From NCBI GenBank assembly GCA_965153285.1, contig OZ229115.1: 64,000 nucleotides of DNA. One strand, written 5' to 3'. The notes under the pieces were generated by a model. The model was not told the DNA's origin. It was given only the letters and a program-made list of their open reading frames with translations, and did not search any database. The stretch comes from Podarcis tiliguerta. Lineage: Eukaryota. Within the stretch, counting starts at the first letter, position 1; every line of letters starts with the position of its first letter. Below, one piece after another: positions 49,801 to 63,128 of this stretch. Both the position numbers and the translations under genes were made by a program.

Positions 49801-50989
49801 GGTCAGACTGCAAACCCCAGGAACAGGGGAGATGCACATGGGAAAGACTGTTAAGAGATGCCTGCCTTCAGCAGCATTTGTTTTGTCTGCTCATGCCCAG
49901 ATCACTGACAAGGTGTGATTCATGGTCCCTGGACACCTGCAGGAAACAGTTCTTCCTTGCCAACTGGGACCTGGTGGTTTATGAGGTTTTAACGGTTCCA
50001 GGGGACAGGAAATGGGACCCTGGTTTGTTATGCAACAGGCTGTGCAGGCGCTGATTATGTCTCCTCTTGGTAGCAGATCCATTAGTTGCCCTTAGGAGTT
50101 GAGGGTCAGAATGGATTGCAGTTCTGTGACCCAGCAAGGAAAGCAGCTTGAGATGTGAACACCACACAATCTTTGACATTTTTACCTTATCCACATGCCT
50201 ACCCTTGTGCCCATTTCCTAGGTTCACCCACACCTCAGGTCACACATTCCTTCCAGATCTGTTCCTTTGGGCAGTTATCTGTTGCAGCTAAAGGCATGGA
50301 GACTGGGAAAGTGAGCCATGGGACAGAATTGTGCATGGTAGTGGTCTCTTTGTCTACCAGAGCCCCCTTTGGATTTGGAACTTTCAGCCAACTCTGCTCA
50401 GGTTTTTCTCTACATTGATTAAAGTTAAGGTACACAGGGTTTTGTACATATGTGATGCAGTTGCACAGCATGTATAGTCATGATTAAGGCCCTTTGCATG
50501 GAGGAAGTGTAGTCATTAAAGGGCACCGAGTAACAAACACAAAACAGAGTTCTGGAGTTAAAAGTTGATCATGTCTCAATTGTAAAAAGTGCCAATATTT
50601 TAAGAAAGAGGGTAGCTGACTTTTAAGAGAGAGGCTAGTTACTTGGGGAAAGGGTGGTTTTTCTGCTTCATGCTGTCTGTACATTACAATGTTATGCCTA
50701 CTCAAGGAGCATACAACTTTCTTTAACAGGTTTTTGAAGTGCAAAGTATATATGGGTTGAACATTCTTTCTACGCTTTATCTAGCCTTCAAGGCAAATAT
50801 TCTGATGGATGATACCTTATGGGAAGCTGTTAGTTGTTGGGGGCTTTTGAGAAATGGTCTATTCACAAATGTTCCTTTTGTGCTTTGTTTGTAAGACCCC
50901 AGCACTTGAAGCAGAAGCTTCAGATGCTTAATCCCATGACGCTTGCTGAGTTTGGAAAATCTCTGCTGTTAAATGTCACTTGCTCAGTA

Positions 50990-51160
50990 GCAGGAGTCAA
51001 TTGATTGATTGTCGTCCTTTGTGATGCTCATTGTCATATTTCATAATCTCAATTTCTTGTCAATTGATTGCCAGATAGAAGCGACAGCCAAGGAGGGCCG
51101 CCAGCGTCTGCAGGGGCCAGCCAGCGCATGGCGTTAACTTTCCCTCTCTGTAAGTGTTCC
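50990..51160. promoter_or_regulatory. Candidate PBX/MEIS/SOX element
   Basis: GTCAATTGATTG at 50996 and 51059, TGATTGAT, TGATTGCCAG, TGTCA twice, CTTTGT, CATTGT, then a CpG-rich tract. Confidence 0.55.
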
Positions 51161-52616
51161 CTTCTTTTATTACTGTTGTGGGGTGGTTCAGAAAATGAAT
51201 AGAAGAATAGTTTGGGTAGATGATAATAGTCCTGGGGATAACTGTGCTGTTAGCTTTATCAAACATGTCACATTTTTCAGGCAAGAAAAGAGAACATTTA
51301 TTTTTAATAAAGGTGTTTTCTGGTGCTTGGCTGAGAATAGCACCTAGGAGTCCTGGCTCCCCAGCCCTCACTGCTCTAACTTCTAACTTCTAAAAAGAGC
51401 TGGGAATAAACTGAGCATTGTCTCATCAGGGACAGTTAATTGTAATTTGTGTAGGCATGTTTTAAGGAAAATGTTATTATACAAAACAGAGATATTAGTC
51501 TAAATGTTGGTAGGGCTGACAATTATGGGTGGAAACTACTTGCAAACTGTGTCCAGGGTGGTAGGTGGGATATATTATTGTTATGGGAGGTTCAACGCCA
51601 TGTAGGCAAGCCCGATCAAAGCTCTGCCCTCTCCTCCTCTCACACAGCTGGGAAGACTTCTGCCAAGATTACTTTCAGTTTCAAATAATCTCATTTTAAT
51701 GCTACACGTGAAGCAGGAATCTTGGTATTCAAACCACAGTTATCAGGACTGGCCCAAGGCATTTTGCTTCCTGAGGCAAAGGACAAGATGGTGCCTCCTC
51801 CTCTTCCACATACAGAAACCAGCTGGACTGGCAGCTGATCTTACTTCAACTGTATGACTGTATATCATCCTCCACTGTGCCTGAGGCAGCAGGCCAGGTT
51901 AGGGAGACAGTTTAATTTATACAGTTCTCTCCTCCAACAGAGGGGGAATGTCTGGTTTGAAGTTGTTTTGTTTAACAATGAACCAGTGTTCATTTAAAAT
52001 CAGGATTCCTGGTTTGCACATGATGCTAAAATGAGATTATTTGAAACAGAAATTTATGCCAGTAGAAATCCTCATCCCAGCCATGAGGTGGTAGGGGAAG
52101 AAGGGAGTGCACAATCTGAATGCTTTGCTTGGGCTTGCTATGGTTCATCCATGCCACAGTTCCTAAACCTTTGTTTACTGTTACCTGCAAACCAGCCATT
52201 GCTTGGGTGGGTCAGACATATAATTTATCCTGGGTTAGACAGTTTATTTTTTATCTATTTAATTCATAAAATTTATATACTGCTAAATAGCAGAAAAAAT
52301 ATCCAAGTGGTTTACAAAAAAGATAAAACAATAAAATAATCACTTTGAAAATTGCAACCATAATTTAAAACATACAGGTTAATACCGCAATAAAAGAGAC
52401 TGAAACCAATTAAAAATCCTACAAACTTTCTAAACATCTAAACAATGACTGCCAACAGATGCTACTGAAGATATGCAACTGCTTTGCAGTTATGTTAACT
52501 CATGACTGTGTGTATTATGCTTATACGTACAATGTTAATTCATGACTGTTTGTATTAGGCTTCTATTGGGCATTAGACCATACATAATTTGAATTCTACC
52601 ATAGCACCTACAACAG

Positions 52617-52806
52617 AGAAAGCTGCTTATACTGAGTCAGACCACTGGTCCATCTAGCTCAGTATTGTCCACAGTTATGACTGGCAGCTGCTCCCCAGTT
52701 TTTCAGAATGGAACTTTTCCCTAGCCCTATTTAGAGAAGCTGGAGATTAAAACTGGGACCTTTTGTATGAAAAACAGATGCTTTGCCACTGATTTGTGGC
52801 CCTTCT
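52617..52806 (-). mobile_element. tRNA-derived SINE (Squam3-like)
   Basis: Shares ggtccatctagctcagtattgtc and ctgggacctt...gccactga...tggcccttc with 16099-16283. Confidence 0.85.
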
Positions 52807-53824
52807 CTTCAATTGCTCACCAAGAACCTCAGCTTTTAATTTATTAATTTTTATATACTTCTGAGTTTCAGGAAAAACTTTGGAAGTGTATTGGAAATGT
52901 CTGATGAGAGCTTAGAATGCAATGGATGTTTTAAACAGGGCTTATAAGAACAGAGCTGCCCTTCTGCTCCTTGTTCCCGTCTTCTTCAGATTAATGTTAC
53001 TCTTCTTTCTTTGCTCTGTGCCACAACCTTTCCATTGCTTACAACTTCTGAATGCAACAAAGCTCCATGTTATACAACAAGATTTACTTAATGCAGATTA
53101 ATTGAGAAATCTGAATGCCTAATTTGCCATGCCAGGGGGGGATTGGGCTGGATCCCCTGAGGATTGCTGTCACGTAATGGCAACGGGTTTATTCCAAGCC
53201 TTTTTGCTGTGCCAGACATGAAGGTGGTGCAGTGAAGAGGCATTTCACCACCAGCAGCTTTTGACCTGGCGAGTGCAAATGGCAGGGCTGTGTTTGTGCT
53301 GCTGCTGGCCAGGGCTTAAGACTGTAGCCTAAGTCCTACATTGTGTGTACCCTATTTGTAAAACACAATTTCTACATGAACATGTGAAATGTGATTGATC
53401 CATTGATTACATTTAGAAGCCCACCCTTCACTAAGCATTGTCAGCCTTTTTGGAAGTGGGGAGGGGGGGCTTCGTTTCACTTGCCCCCTGTATTTGCATT
53501 TTACAATGAAAGCCATTGAAACCAGAATCTATTTGATGGTCTTCTCCCATAATTTAGGACATCTTTGGAAACTCCACCCCCATATTGTTCAGGTTGAAAT
53601 TAGAGTGTGCGCACAAGACTAATAGGTAAACCGGTTTGGAGAGTGGCTGCTCAGATGGCTCCACCTGGTTCCTATGGCAGTGTTTTGTGTGTCTTCCACC
53701 TCCCCCCACCCCACTTCAAACAACCTTTACTGGAAAGCATATGGAAAGGAGAGCAGCCGACCTTTGGCACATTTATTGACACTCCCAGAGTTCATACTGC
53801 AACTCTACAATCTTTCCCTGAGAT

Positions 53825-54060
53825 TATTAAAAATTAATTGATCACTTTTATATCCCCCCACGGTGCCCGACACTGTCGCTGCGAGAGGGGCCAAGGGGAG
53901 GAGGGCGTGTGCAGGCGTAGCAAACACACTGATAAATGTTAATTACTCTTTTATGGCCCTTGTCAAATTCCAAAGCAAGTCATAAATTCATTAAACTCTA
54001 ACGGATTAAGCACATGCAGCTTATTTAGCCGCCATAAACAAGATCATTTGTATGTTGGTT
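53825..54060. promoter_or_regulatory. Candidate posterior-HOX/CDX enhancer
   Basis: TTTTATGG 53949, TGTCA 53961, GTCATAAA 53979, GGATTA 54003, GCCATAAA 54031. The 5' half is CpG-rich. Confidence 0.55.
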
Positions 54061-57000
54061 TTTCCTTTTTTATTGCTTCAGCAGCAAAAAGGAGAAAAAA
54101 TTGACTCAGGAGCTCCTGATGGGTTTGAAAAGTTGGGCAGGTAATATCCTGCTGCTATTGTCTCTTATTATTTTGTATACATATAGCTATGTACATTTGA
54201 TATTTGGCATGATAAATTATTACTGTCTTATTTCCGGATAACAAGAGATAATATAGTAATATACCTTTTAGAGAACCAAATTGCATTGGTGAAAATTCAT
54301 TCTGGCTTTCAAGTTCTTCAGCAACAAATAGATCCAACTCTTTTGCCAGTTGACATTGATCCCAGTACAAAGCATGACCGCCACCTATTTTGTATCTCCC
54401 CTGTCATTACACAATGTATAGTATCAATATAATATTATGGTAGTTCTGGTAAAACATGCAGCCTTCTTTTATGAAATGGTTTCTGCTTGAATTGACCGCT
54501 TTGGAAGTATTCTCAGGAACACCACATTTTCTTAGGATTCAAAACAACAGTATTTTGACTCTACAGAAATAAGATGATTTCCTAAGCTGGAGCATGCATT
54601 ACCCTACTACAGGCATAAATGTGGCCCCCAGAATGTCATGAGAACCTGTTGGATAGAACACCAGTCTCACTTAATTTCATTGACCTCAGAAGAAGAGATG
54701 TTCCTAATAAGAGAAATGAAAAGCTGAGGCAAAGGCACTTGATTGAACTTTCAGTCCATAAGACTGAAAGCTCAGGACTCATGGTTCAGTGTTATAGCCT
54801 GCACAGCTTGGTTCTGGTCTCCTGGTCTACTAGTTGACTGGGTCTTCCTTGGAGGAGAAATGGAGCACTGCAACAAAATAAGCTCAGTATACTTAAGCTC
54901 CAGCTACTGGAACAGTTGTCTCTGCAAATTCCCTGGAGTGTGGATTTTTAAGTACTGACAGGAGATACTAAAATGACAAAGGATGGAACTTAGAGGTTCC
55001 AAAAGACAAGGGCTTGCTACTGAAAACAGCAGCTATTTGTTCAGGTCTCCCCTCCGCCTTAACATCTGGTACAGCTTATCCTGTGTCCTCCTGATAGCAT
55101 TATGCTGCATTTTCCTGTCCCAGTTCTACACGCTTCTGCCACTGGTAGAACATTGGGACACGAGCAAAGTTGCATTATACATTATGGAAACAGAGTCGAC
55201 ACAGGGCTGCCATTTTCAGAAGCAGACTTTTGTTCTTCCATAATGTGTTGTCCTTCTCTGAAATGTGACCATTCAAGTCACAGGGAGACTTGGATCAAGC
55301 CTCAGCTGATCTTCCTTGACACAAAAGTCAGTGGTGAGTCTAATTAGCACGCCACATTATAGAAAAGTATGTGAAAAGTTCTAACATTCATGCCCAAAAT
55401 CACCATGTCAACTCTGCTTTTTCAAGGCTGGCAAAGAGCCCTTATTTTGCATGCCTCAAAGTCTCAACCCCCCAAAACAGTATGGTTGCCTGGAGTTGCA
55501 AACACCTTTGATTCTGTGCATGGCTGCCCCATGTGGTGAGCTATCAGAACTGCAGCTTTTAACATCTACGTACATGGCAAAGTATTCTTAGGATTTAGAC
55601 TGGCCCTATCCACCAAGGCTGGCCATTGTGTCCTAAGAAGGGCTCTCAAAGTCTTCCTGCTTGGCTTGGGCATTACTTGAGTAGCAAGCTCTTTCTGGCT
55701 CTCTTTCTTTTAGGTGTTCCTCAGCTCTTACTCCTTGGTTCAGCTCTTGGCCCTCGGTTAACCTATAACAGATCAGCTTTGACAAATCAATCTTAACTTA
55801 ATTTTTTTGCTGCAACGAAACATTATAGAACACATACAGGAATCTATTTTGCAAGACTGCAGATGTCAGTCAAAATAGTCAAAGTGCTGTCTTAGATAGA
55901 CAGGACCACAACAGCCTATCGTTACAAGAAGTGAGATCTGGGGTGGTATAGTGGCTAAAAGACTGGGGTTACCATCCTAACCCACTTATCTGGGAGCGGA
56001 TGCCAATGAATTCAATATGACTTGCTTTTGAGTAGATATGGTTAGGGCTGTGCTGTGTGTGACTAATCAGAAAATTTTCAGTTCAAATCTCACTTTCCCC
56101 ATGAACTGACTTGATTGCATTAGGCAAGTGAATCCCCCCTGCCCCGATTTTCTGCAGCCATCCATCTCCAATATAGGAATGATGATAGCATTGAGCATTA
56201 CAAGGTTGTTGTCTACAGCAGGATAATGTATGCCAATCAAGTGCTTTGAACATCATAAAATGTCCAAAGCACATAAACACCCCTTGCTTTCTGCTTAATT
56301 ATAATAAGTAGAACCCCAAAACTTCCATTGGGACAAATTTGACACCACTGTTTTCTCCTTGGTTAAAAAAAGGCCACTAATAAGCATCCAGATATGGCAC
56401 TGGTCTTGGTCCTACCCATTGGTGCATTGGAATATCTGTGGGGCTCCCCTTGCCTCGAGACATAAAAATCTGCCCCCATGTTTGATGGATTTATGAGCAC
56501 AGGGGTGGGCAGTCAGGGGTTAATGGAAGAACTGTGCCCTGTGCTCAGCGGTAGCTAACAGCCACTAGCTAATAACTTTATGGCTTCAAAGCAAGGCATT
56601 TATCATGCTGAAGTTTGTTTATGCACTAGTTATACAGCACATTATGGCAGATCTAAGTTGGACTGATAAATTCTAGATGACAAGCAAGGCTACTGAATGG
56701 GGCTTGCCGAGTCCAAAAGACCAGTAGCTTTTTCCTGAACTCTGCTTCCAAGATAAGAATGTTTTCCCTCTCTATTGTTTAGTGTGCACAAAAGTGCATA
56801 AATTTGATGTAAAAGAAGACATGGAAAATGTCCAAGACTTTTGCAAACCTCCCACCTTGTGAACAAGAGCTAGCAGTGTATATGGATAGATGTGTGCATA
56901 ACACACTCATTTTCTGCAATACAGAAGTGGAATTATGTGGCCAGAATAAGTACAAATCAGGCACAATTGTCCCCCCCCCCCCCCCAATATCTCTTATTTA

Positions 57001-57402
57001 TGTCATTTAATCTATGTGGATGAGGGGTTGGGACCAGCCATCAGGAATGTTTGCAAAGAGCAAGTGTTGAACTCTAAGCCCTTATCACAAAGCATTCCCT
57101 AAAGAACCCTTTGGAATTTTGAGCTGGCACTGGTACTTTTTGCATATTTTCAGTTTTCCTATCAGCATGCTGACTATAAGTTAAAATCAAACCTGAAATT
57201 CCTGTTCCATAAGTGTTAATTCCAAGTATGATTTTGCTTTGCAAGGAGAAATTCTTGCAGAATGGAATATCTGTGGAATGCTGAAGGAAAAATGTTGGCA
57301 TATTCTATTTTGGTGGAGACATTCTACATACTGCATTATGACAAACCTAGGATTGCAACCCAGTGTACACTTTATGTACACTGTACATATATGCTGTATG
57401 CC

Positions 57403-57515
57403 AAGAGTAACCAACATGGTACCCTCCATACATTGTTGTATTCCAGTTCTTGCCAACCCTAGCTAGCATGGCCAGTGATCAGGGATGATGGGGTATAGTC
57501 CAGTCTCTGAAGGAT
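57403..57515. mobile_element. Degenerate hAT MITE
   Basis: ccctagctagcatggccagtgatcagggatgatggg core, as in 24137 and 24392. Confidence 0.55.
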
Positions 57516-58539
57516 GTGGGAACTCTGGGGTGCAACTCAGCTTGCTGAGAGGGGTTTGCATGGTGTTTTAAAACAGAAACAGAAGAGAATCTCCAAATTT
57601 CCACACTGTCTCAGTGCTCTTTGCCTGTGTTGAGTATATATTTGATCTTAGACTGATATTCCTAGGTTGCAGCTTTCACTTCTGGTCTTCCCTTCACTTC
57701 TCTTTTGGATCCTTTTGGGAGAGGTCACCCTTGCTTTGTCTGCCAAGCACAAAGAGGACATCGTGTAGGCTATCTCTTTTCATGTCTTAGTCTCATTGGC
57801 ACATTGCAGTATATGGTATGCGCTTAATAAATTTCCCTGTGATGTATTTACAGAAACAAACATAGGCATAGATATACTTGTCAGTTGCTTAAGTGTGATT
57901 TATCAAAATGGAGTATAAATAAATAAAGTTAATAAACTGGAATAATCACACTGGCCTGACAAGACAAGGAATGGAGATCTTGCAAGGTGGATGGAGACAT
58001 GAATTCTTGGGCCCCAACAATGGTAGAGGTAAGGCACAGTAGTAGAATGCTCAACACAGGCTCTGCTTCTGTGTGGTGACTGGTACTGCAAGCAAGATCC
58101 ACACTTCCACTGCGTGTGTATCTAGATGCCCAACAGTTTATGGGGTTCCCACAGTGACCCATTTGTAGAATGGTTGGATTGTGTAGTCTTCATCTATATC
58201 TATGGCAGTGTACTGATAGATGTATCCTGATCGGAAATGTTTTGTGTTAATATTTGTATACATTTGCATGTTCACCCCGAATTGCCTGATAGTTCCTGCA
58301 TGTGAGTTCCTTGGATACATAAATTTGTTTGTTCATGTGACTGGAGAGGTTTCTCTCCATAGTTGTGTATATGTGTAATGGTGTGTATGGTGGGCATCTG
58401 AATTATATTGTTCTGTGAATTGTGATATGGTTACCTCGTGCTTCATGACTGTGCACATATGTTTGTGCATGAACACATAGTCTGCTCTGACAGCGTGGTT
58501 ACATTGTGTTCGTGGGTTGGTGTGCAAGTCTTTGTATGT

Positions 58540-58830
58540 GAGTGCCAGCCCTTGTGGGCTGTAAATCCTGCTGCCCAGCTGAGGAGGTTGAGCGGTTTAT
58601 TGCTCAAGGCCAGGCCCATGAATCAGGCAGAGGTGTCGGAAGACGCATTAACTCGTAGCCTTTGCTCAGTTGCTGTGTGGTTCCAGGAGGGGCCCTGGAG
58701 GCAGCGATTAAAGGCGGCACCTTCCCCTTTCAGTTTTATGGTAAGAGGAAAGCAGTAAATTAGAGGCCCAGAGGCTTTAGGGCAGGCCTCGCCCTGACAT
58801 TGCTACCTGCTGCTGCCCTGACAGCAAGCA
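58540..58830. promoter_or_regulatory. Candidate enhancer
   Basis: TTTATTG, TCAAGGCCA (NR5A) 58604-58612, GATTAA, TTTTATGG 58734, TGACAG, CpGs. Confidence 0.45.
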
Positions 58831-60129
58831 AGTTAGGCCCACTCCAGCCCTGGGACAGAGAGCTTTCCAGTGGACTGAGGAGCGAGATCAGTAGTGTGAG
58901 AGAGCTGATTTGTAACAACTCTCCTTGGATAACTTTGAATTTGGGCCTGTATACAGGTGCCTTTTCCAGCACAACAAACATTTCTTCTTCTTTACAGGCA
59001 AATACACATAACACACAGGCAGTGCCATAAACTCTGTGTATGGTATATAAGGCCCCAAAGTGTATAAGTTTCATAACATGGGAATCACAGTGTTGGATTG
59101 GAAGTAGAAAAGCTGTACCTGTGAGTGTTGACAAAAATTGTGACATGTCTTTGATGTTCACTTTGGGGACCAAGGACAGGGTGAGCTTGAGCAAAAGAAT
59201 AACTTGAGAGCAAGTAGGTCCTATGCAATTGCTTATACAGTGATGTCCACTTAACCACTTCAGTATCTTTAGTTCTTCCTACAAAGGACTTATTCTCATG
59301 TTGCTATTGTTGTTAATATTGTACACATATTTTATCCTTGCCTGAATGTTTTCTCAAGTTATGGAAACCTGACAAGGAGTGCTTGGTCCTCGCCTCTTAG
59401 GATAGTTTGCATTTCCTGGTTTGCCCATTTCTGCATTCATTTAATGTTGAGAAGCATCGTAGGGAATATGGGAGACGCAGGCATGTTGTAAGACTGAGAA
59501 AAATAACAGAAATTTACAGCCACACATTTAAGAGGTGACACCAAACTGTGTGCTTGCCTGCAGGACTGCTCGTGATAGTGTTACGCAACACAGGAGAAAG
59601 AAATCCATAGGTGATTAGTGAGTTGTGTGAGGGCATTGTTTGCTGATTGGACATTTATGGGAAATTGGAGTAAGTACAGAGAAGAGGAAAAAGGATGAAA
59701 GATGAAGAATGTTAGACATATCCAGCCGAAGAAAAAAAGTTTACTTTATTTAGCTTGAAACTGACTTCCATTTAATAGAAGCTGCCTTCATTACTTAGCA
59801 TGTTAAGCCTTTAGATCAGGCTTCCCTCTTGAAGAATCACTGTGGACTTTGATGCATGTCCTATGAAGAACTTGAGGACTGATTGCTTTATCGTAAAATA
59901 TGATCCATTATGTGAGATGCTTATTTAAGAAGAACATGATTGATTCTTTTGTCATCAAAATTAATTTCTGTGAGTCAATGTCTTAACAAACACATGGTGA
60001 CTGTTACTGTGGTGTCACAACTTGTGGCATTGGTGGTGTGGCACAAGGCAGTCTGGAATGCCAGCACAACATCATGGTTCAAACAATGGCCACCTTCAAC
60101 ATTCACAGGGAGTTGTATCCAACACTGCA

Positions 60130-60300
60130 GGCATGGAGTTTTGCTCATGCACTAGGATTTCCCCTCCCTCTCGCCGTCAGTGTCCCCCCCCATCCCCAAA
60201 TGTGCTCTGGAGGGTCTTCCAACCCTCTGGAGCAGATTTTGAGGGTGCATTGGGGACTGCAGGGGAGAGGAGAAGGAATTTTTTTGTTTCACAAGTAGAG
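60130..60300. mobile_element. Palindromic MITE
   Basis: Central arms aaatgtgctctggagggt / accctctggagcagattt, with pyrimidine-rich and purine-rich outer arms. Confidence 0.6.
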
Positions 60301-60544
60301 CAGCAGCAGCATTAAATATGAAGCAACAGGGCTGGAACTAAAGATGCTACTAGAAGCCCAGAGCCACTGCCACTCAGTAACTCTCCCCACTTCTTGGTAA
60401 CATCTAGTATAACCTAACCTTTGACATGGTGTTATCATGTTGCCTGTTTCCCCCCTCTGTCTCCCTGACAGCCAATAATATAATGTAGGAATGGGGATAT
60501 GCACAACACAATCACTTTGAGTTACATAATGTGTTACGTTAGAC

Positions 60545-60657
60545 CAGCTTTCCCCAACCTGATGACATCCATGTGTTTTGGACTTCAGCTCCCATCAGCT
60601 ACAGACAGCACAGTTGTAGTCTAAAACATCTAAAGGGCATCAGATTGGGGAAGACTG
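60545..60657. mobile_element. hAT MITE
   Basis: cagctttccccaacctgatg / catcagattggggaagactg TIRs. Flanks cgttagac / tactagac. Confidence 0.75.
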
Positions 60658-61242
60658 TACTAGACATTGCCAGGAAGAGGGAAGAAAGATGGAGCAGCTT
60701 CTGCTCTGTGTCTCTGATAACGTCTTCCTTGTGCATGACAGTGTGAGGTGAAATATTTGTATGGGGCTTTGCAAGTGTTCCAGTTTTGTCATCCATTTTA
60801 TCAGGTTGTACCAGAGGCGTCCCTGGTGCCTGGGTATGTCTTAATACCCCTAGCACCACTGTAAGATGTCTGCCAAGGGAAACGTTTCTTTTTTTCCTTT
60901 TTGTATTGCTTGCCTTTTGGCCTAGAAAGGCAGCAGCCTCTTTTCCTCTGAAACCTTTTTATGACTCCGGGTATAATTAACTCAAGCCATAAAAATTTTT
61001 CGAATCCAAATAGATATAATTAACATTTAATGTCACCGGGTTTTTTGTGGATAGTCAAGACTATTAAGAAGTGAGTATTGATTGAAGAGGTGAAGCAGAT
61101 GTTTCAGTTATTGGATCAGGACATCAGAGGGAAGAGGGAGCCAGGAGGCTGTGCTGGAGCTGATCCAGTGACACTTCTGTGCCTCCTGGAAGAGATTGGT
61201 GTGCTAGGAAAAAGGCAGAGATTTTGTAAGTATTTTGCACAA

Positions 61243-61364
61243 CTCCTCCTCTCTTGCACTTGGCCTCCTCCTCCTGCTGCTGCATAAGGGAAAGACAGGG
61301 GAAGCAACATCTGGCTGGTGGCAGCAGCCGCAGCAGGAGGAGGCCAAGCACAAGAGAAGAGGAA
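61243..61364. repeat. Inverted repeat with ~41-44 bp arms
   Basis: ctcctcctctcttgcacttggcctcctcctcctgctgctgc pairs with gcagcagccgcagcaggaggaggccaagcacaagagaagagga. Confidence 0.85.
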
Positions 61365-63128
61365 CCTCCAGCCATTGAAGCTGCGCTGCTGCCACACTTG
61401 GCTCCTGCCGCTGTCCCAACATCACGTGTGCTCCATTGGCCTCCTCTCAGTCTTCTGCGCAAGTAGGTCCCTCTGCCTTTGAGCATGGTTACCTAAGACT
61501 CCTGCTGGCCAGTCTGTATGTCCAGAAGTAAACTGCAGAGGTGCTTTTTTCTGAAGTCAAAGCTGTTTGAGGTATAAATTCAGAAATAGAAAAAAGTGAG
61601 CGTCGTCTACATAGAGTCAAACTACACCTCACAAAGTTTCAGCCATTTGCCTCAGTATTGCACCCAATACCCATGCAACTGTTTAATCCAACTATGGTGA
61701 ACCAAAACCAAGGTTATTCTGGTAAGAAGGTTCTTAGATAAGGGAAGGGGGAAATGGAATTGCTCTTTGACAACATTGGATAGAATTGCAGATCTAGCCT
61801 ACAAAATGCCTAAACTAAATATGACATGTTAGCTGTTGGGGTGCTAGCCTTTGAGGATTGGGGAACTGGAGGAAGTGGTACATTCCAGGAAGGCCTGTAC
61901 AACATACCTGTCCTGTGTGTTTGAATTCACTTTAAATTGTCAGAAACCCTTATTTTAGTTATTAGTTACATTTCTTTCACACACATTCAGTTTTAAAAAT
62001 GCTGTCAGGAAGACTTTAGAGCTGGAGGGCCCATGTATTCCTCAAGATCCATCATAGCACCTCTTATTGGTCATGTCATAACTAAAGTCATCTTGACTGG
62101 ACAGTTGCTGCTCATCTCCCACTGGCAGCTGTTTAAAACCGATGAATGGTAACAACTACCTGGCATGGGCTGCCAGATATCTTTTCCCTTCTTGGTTCTT
62201 ATTTAGCTCCCTAACCCCTGGCCTCAATCCTGACTGATTATGCATCTGTTTTCCCTGGTCCTGCAGCATATCTGATTTGAGCATGACCCCTTGGGCCAAG
62301 CCTTGCCTCCTTGCTAGATCCTAGGGCTCTTTAGATGACATTCTTGGCTGATTCCCCTGCCAGGCCTGCTTGGGAAGTGCCAGGCTGGGTGAGAGAGTGG
62401 TGGCATGCCATATTTTGTGTGCCCCCTGATCCTGGGAGCAAGACTTCCAAGCCCTGGGATTGATTGGGGCTTCTGATGCTGACAGATGACATGAGCACAG
62501 GAACATGAGGCAGGTCAGCAGAGCAGAAACCAGCAAACGCAAAGAAACAGGCTGCATTGAGTTTAATAAATAAAAACAGTGACATGCTGTGCTAGGGCTA
62601 GGAGTAGGAGGCTAGCCCTGCACCAGCAGCTTCTGGCACCCCTCTGCAGCTGACACCAACGTACCAGCTCTGGATTCACCCCAAATGCCCTAGACAGCAC
62701 AGAGCTGCCTTTCTCTGCCCACACACAAACTCTGATTGTTTGGGAGCATCTCCTGCCCTGGATGTTTTGTGTTCCTTGTACTGATCAGTGATTATCATGG
62801 TAAGGAGGAAGGAAACACTGTTGGCATCTGTGTGCTGGCATCTCCGTAGAATTTTATTCACCTTTGCTCACGTTTTAAGATACTCAAATTGGTACAGCAC
62901 TGTAGCTTTCTGAGTTCTTTAAGTAGCCATCTTTCATTCCTCACCTGACCATTGAAAGTAGGAGCCATTCTTGTCCAGTATCCAGAAAAATATAAAAAAT
63001 GTATACCAAAAATCATGGGATTGGGCTATTACAACAGAGGACCATTTTCTACTTTTCCCATGTTGGCAAGACCAGCTGGGTGGACATTTTAGCCAATATA
63101 AGGGCCTCCTCAGATCTTCCTCCTCCCC

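Noticed and set aside
52492-52557. 26-bp imperfect direct repeat (atgttaaYtcatgactgtKtgtatta)
   Set aside because: An ordinary local duplication with no further structure.
61078-61486. Overlapping ORFs with similar peptides on both strands (WPPPxAAA)
   Set aside because: Explained by the DNA inverted repeat at 61243-61364.
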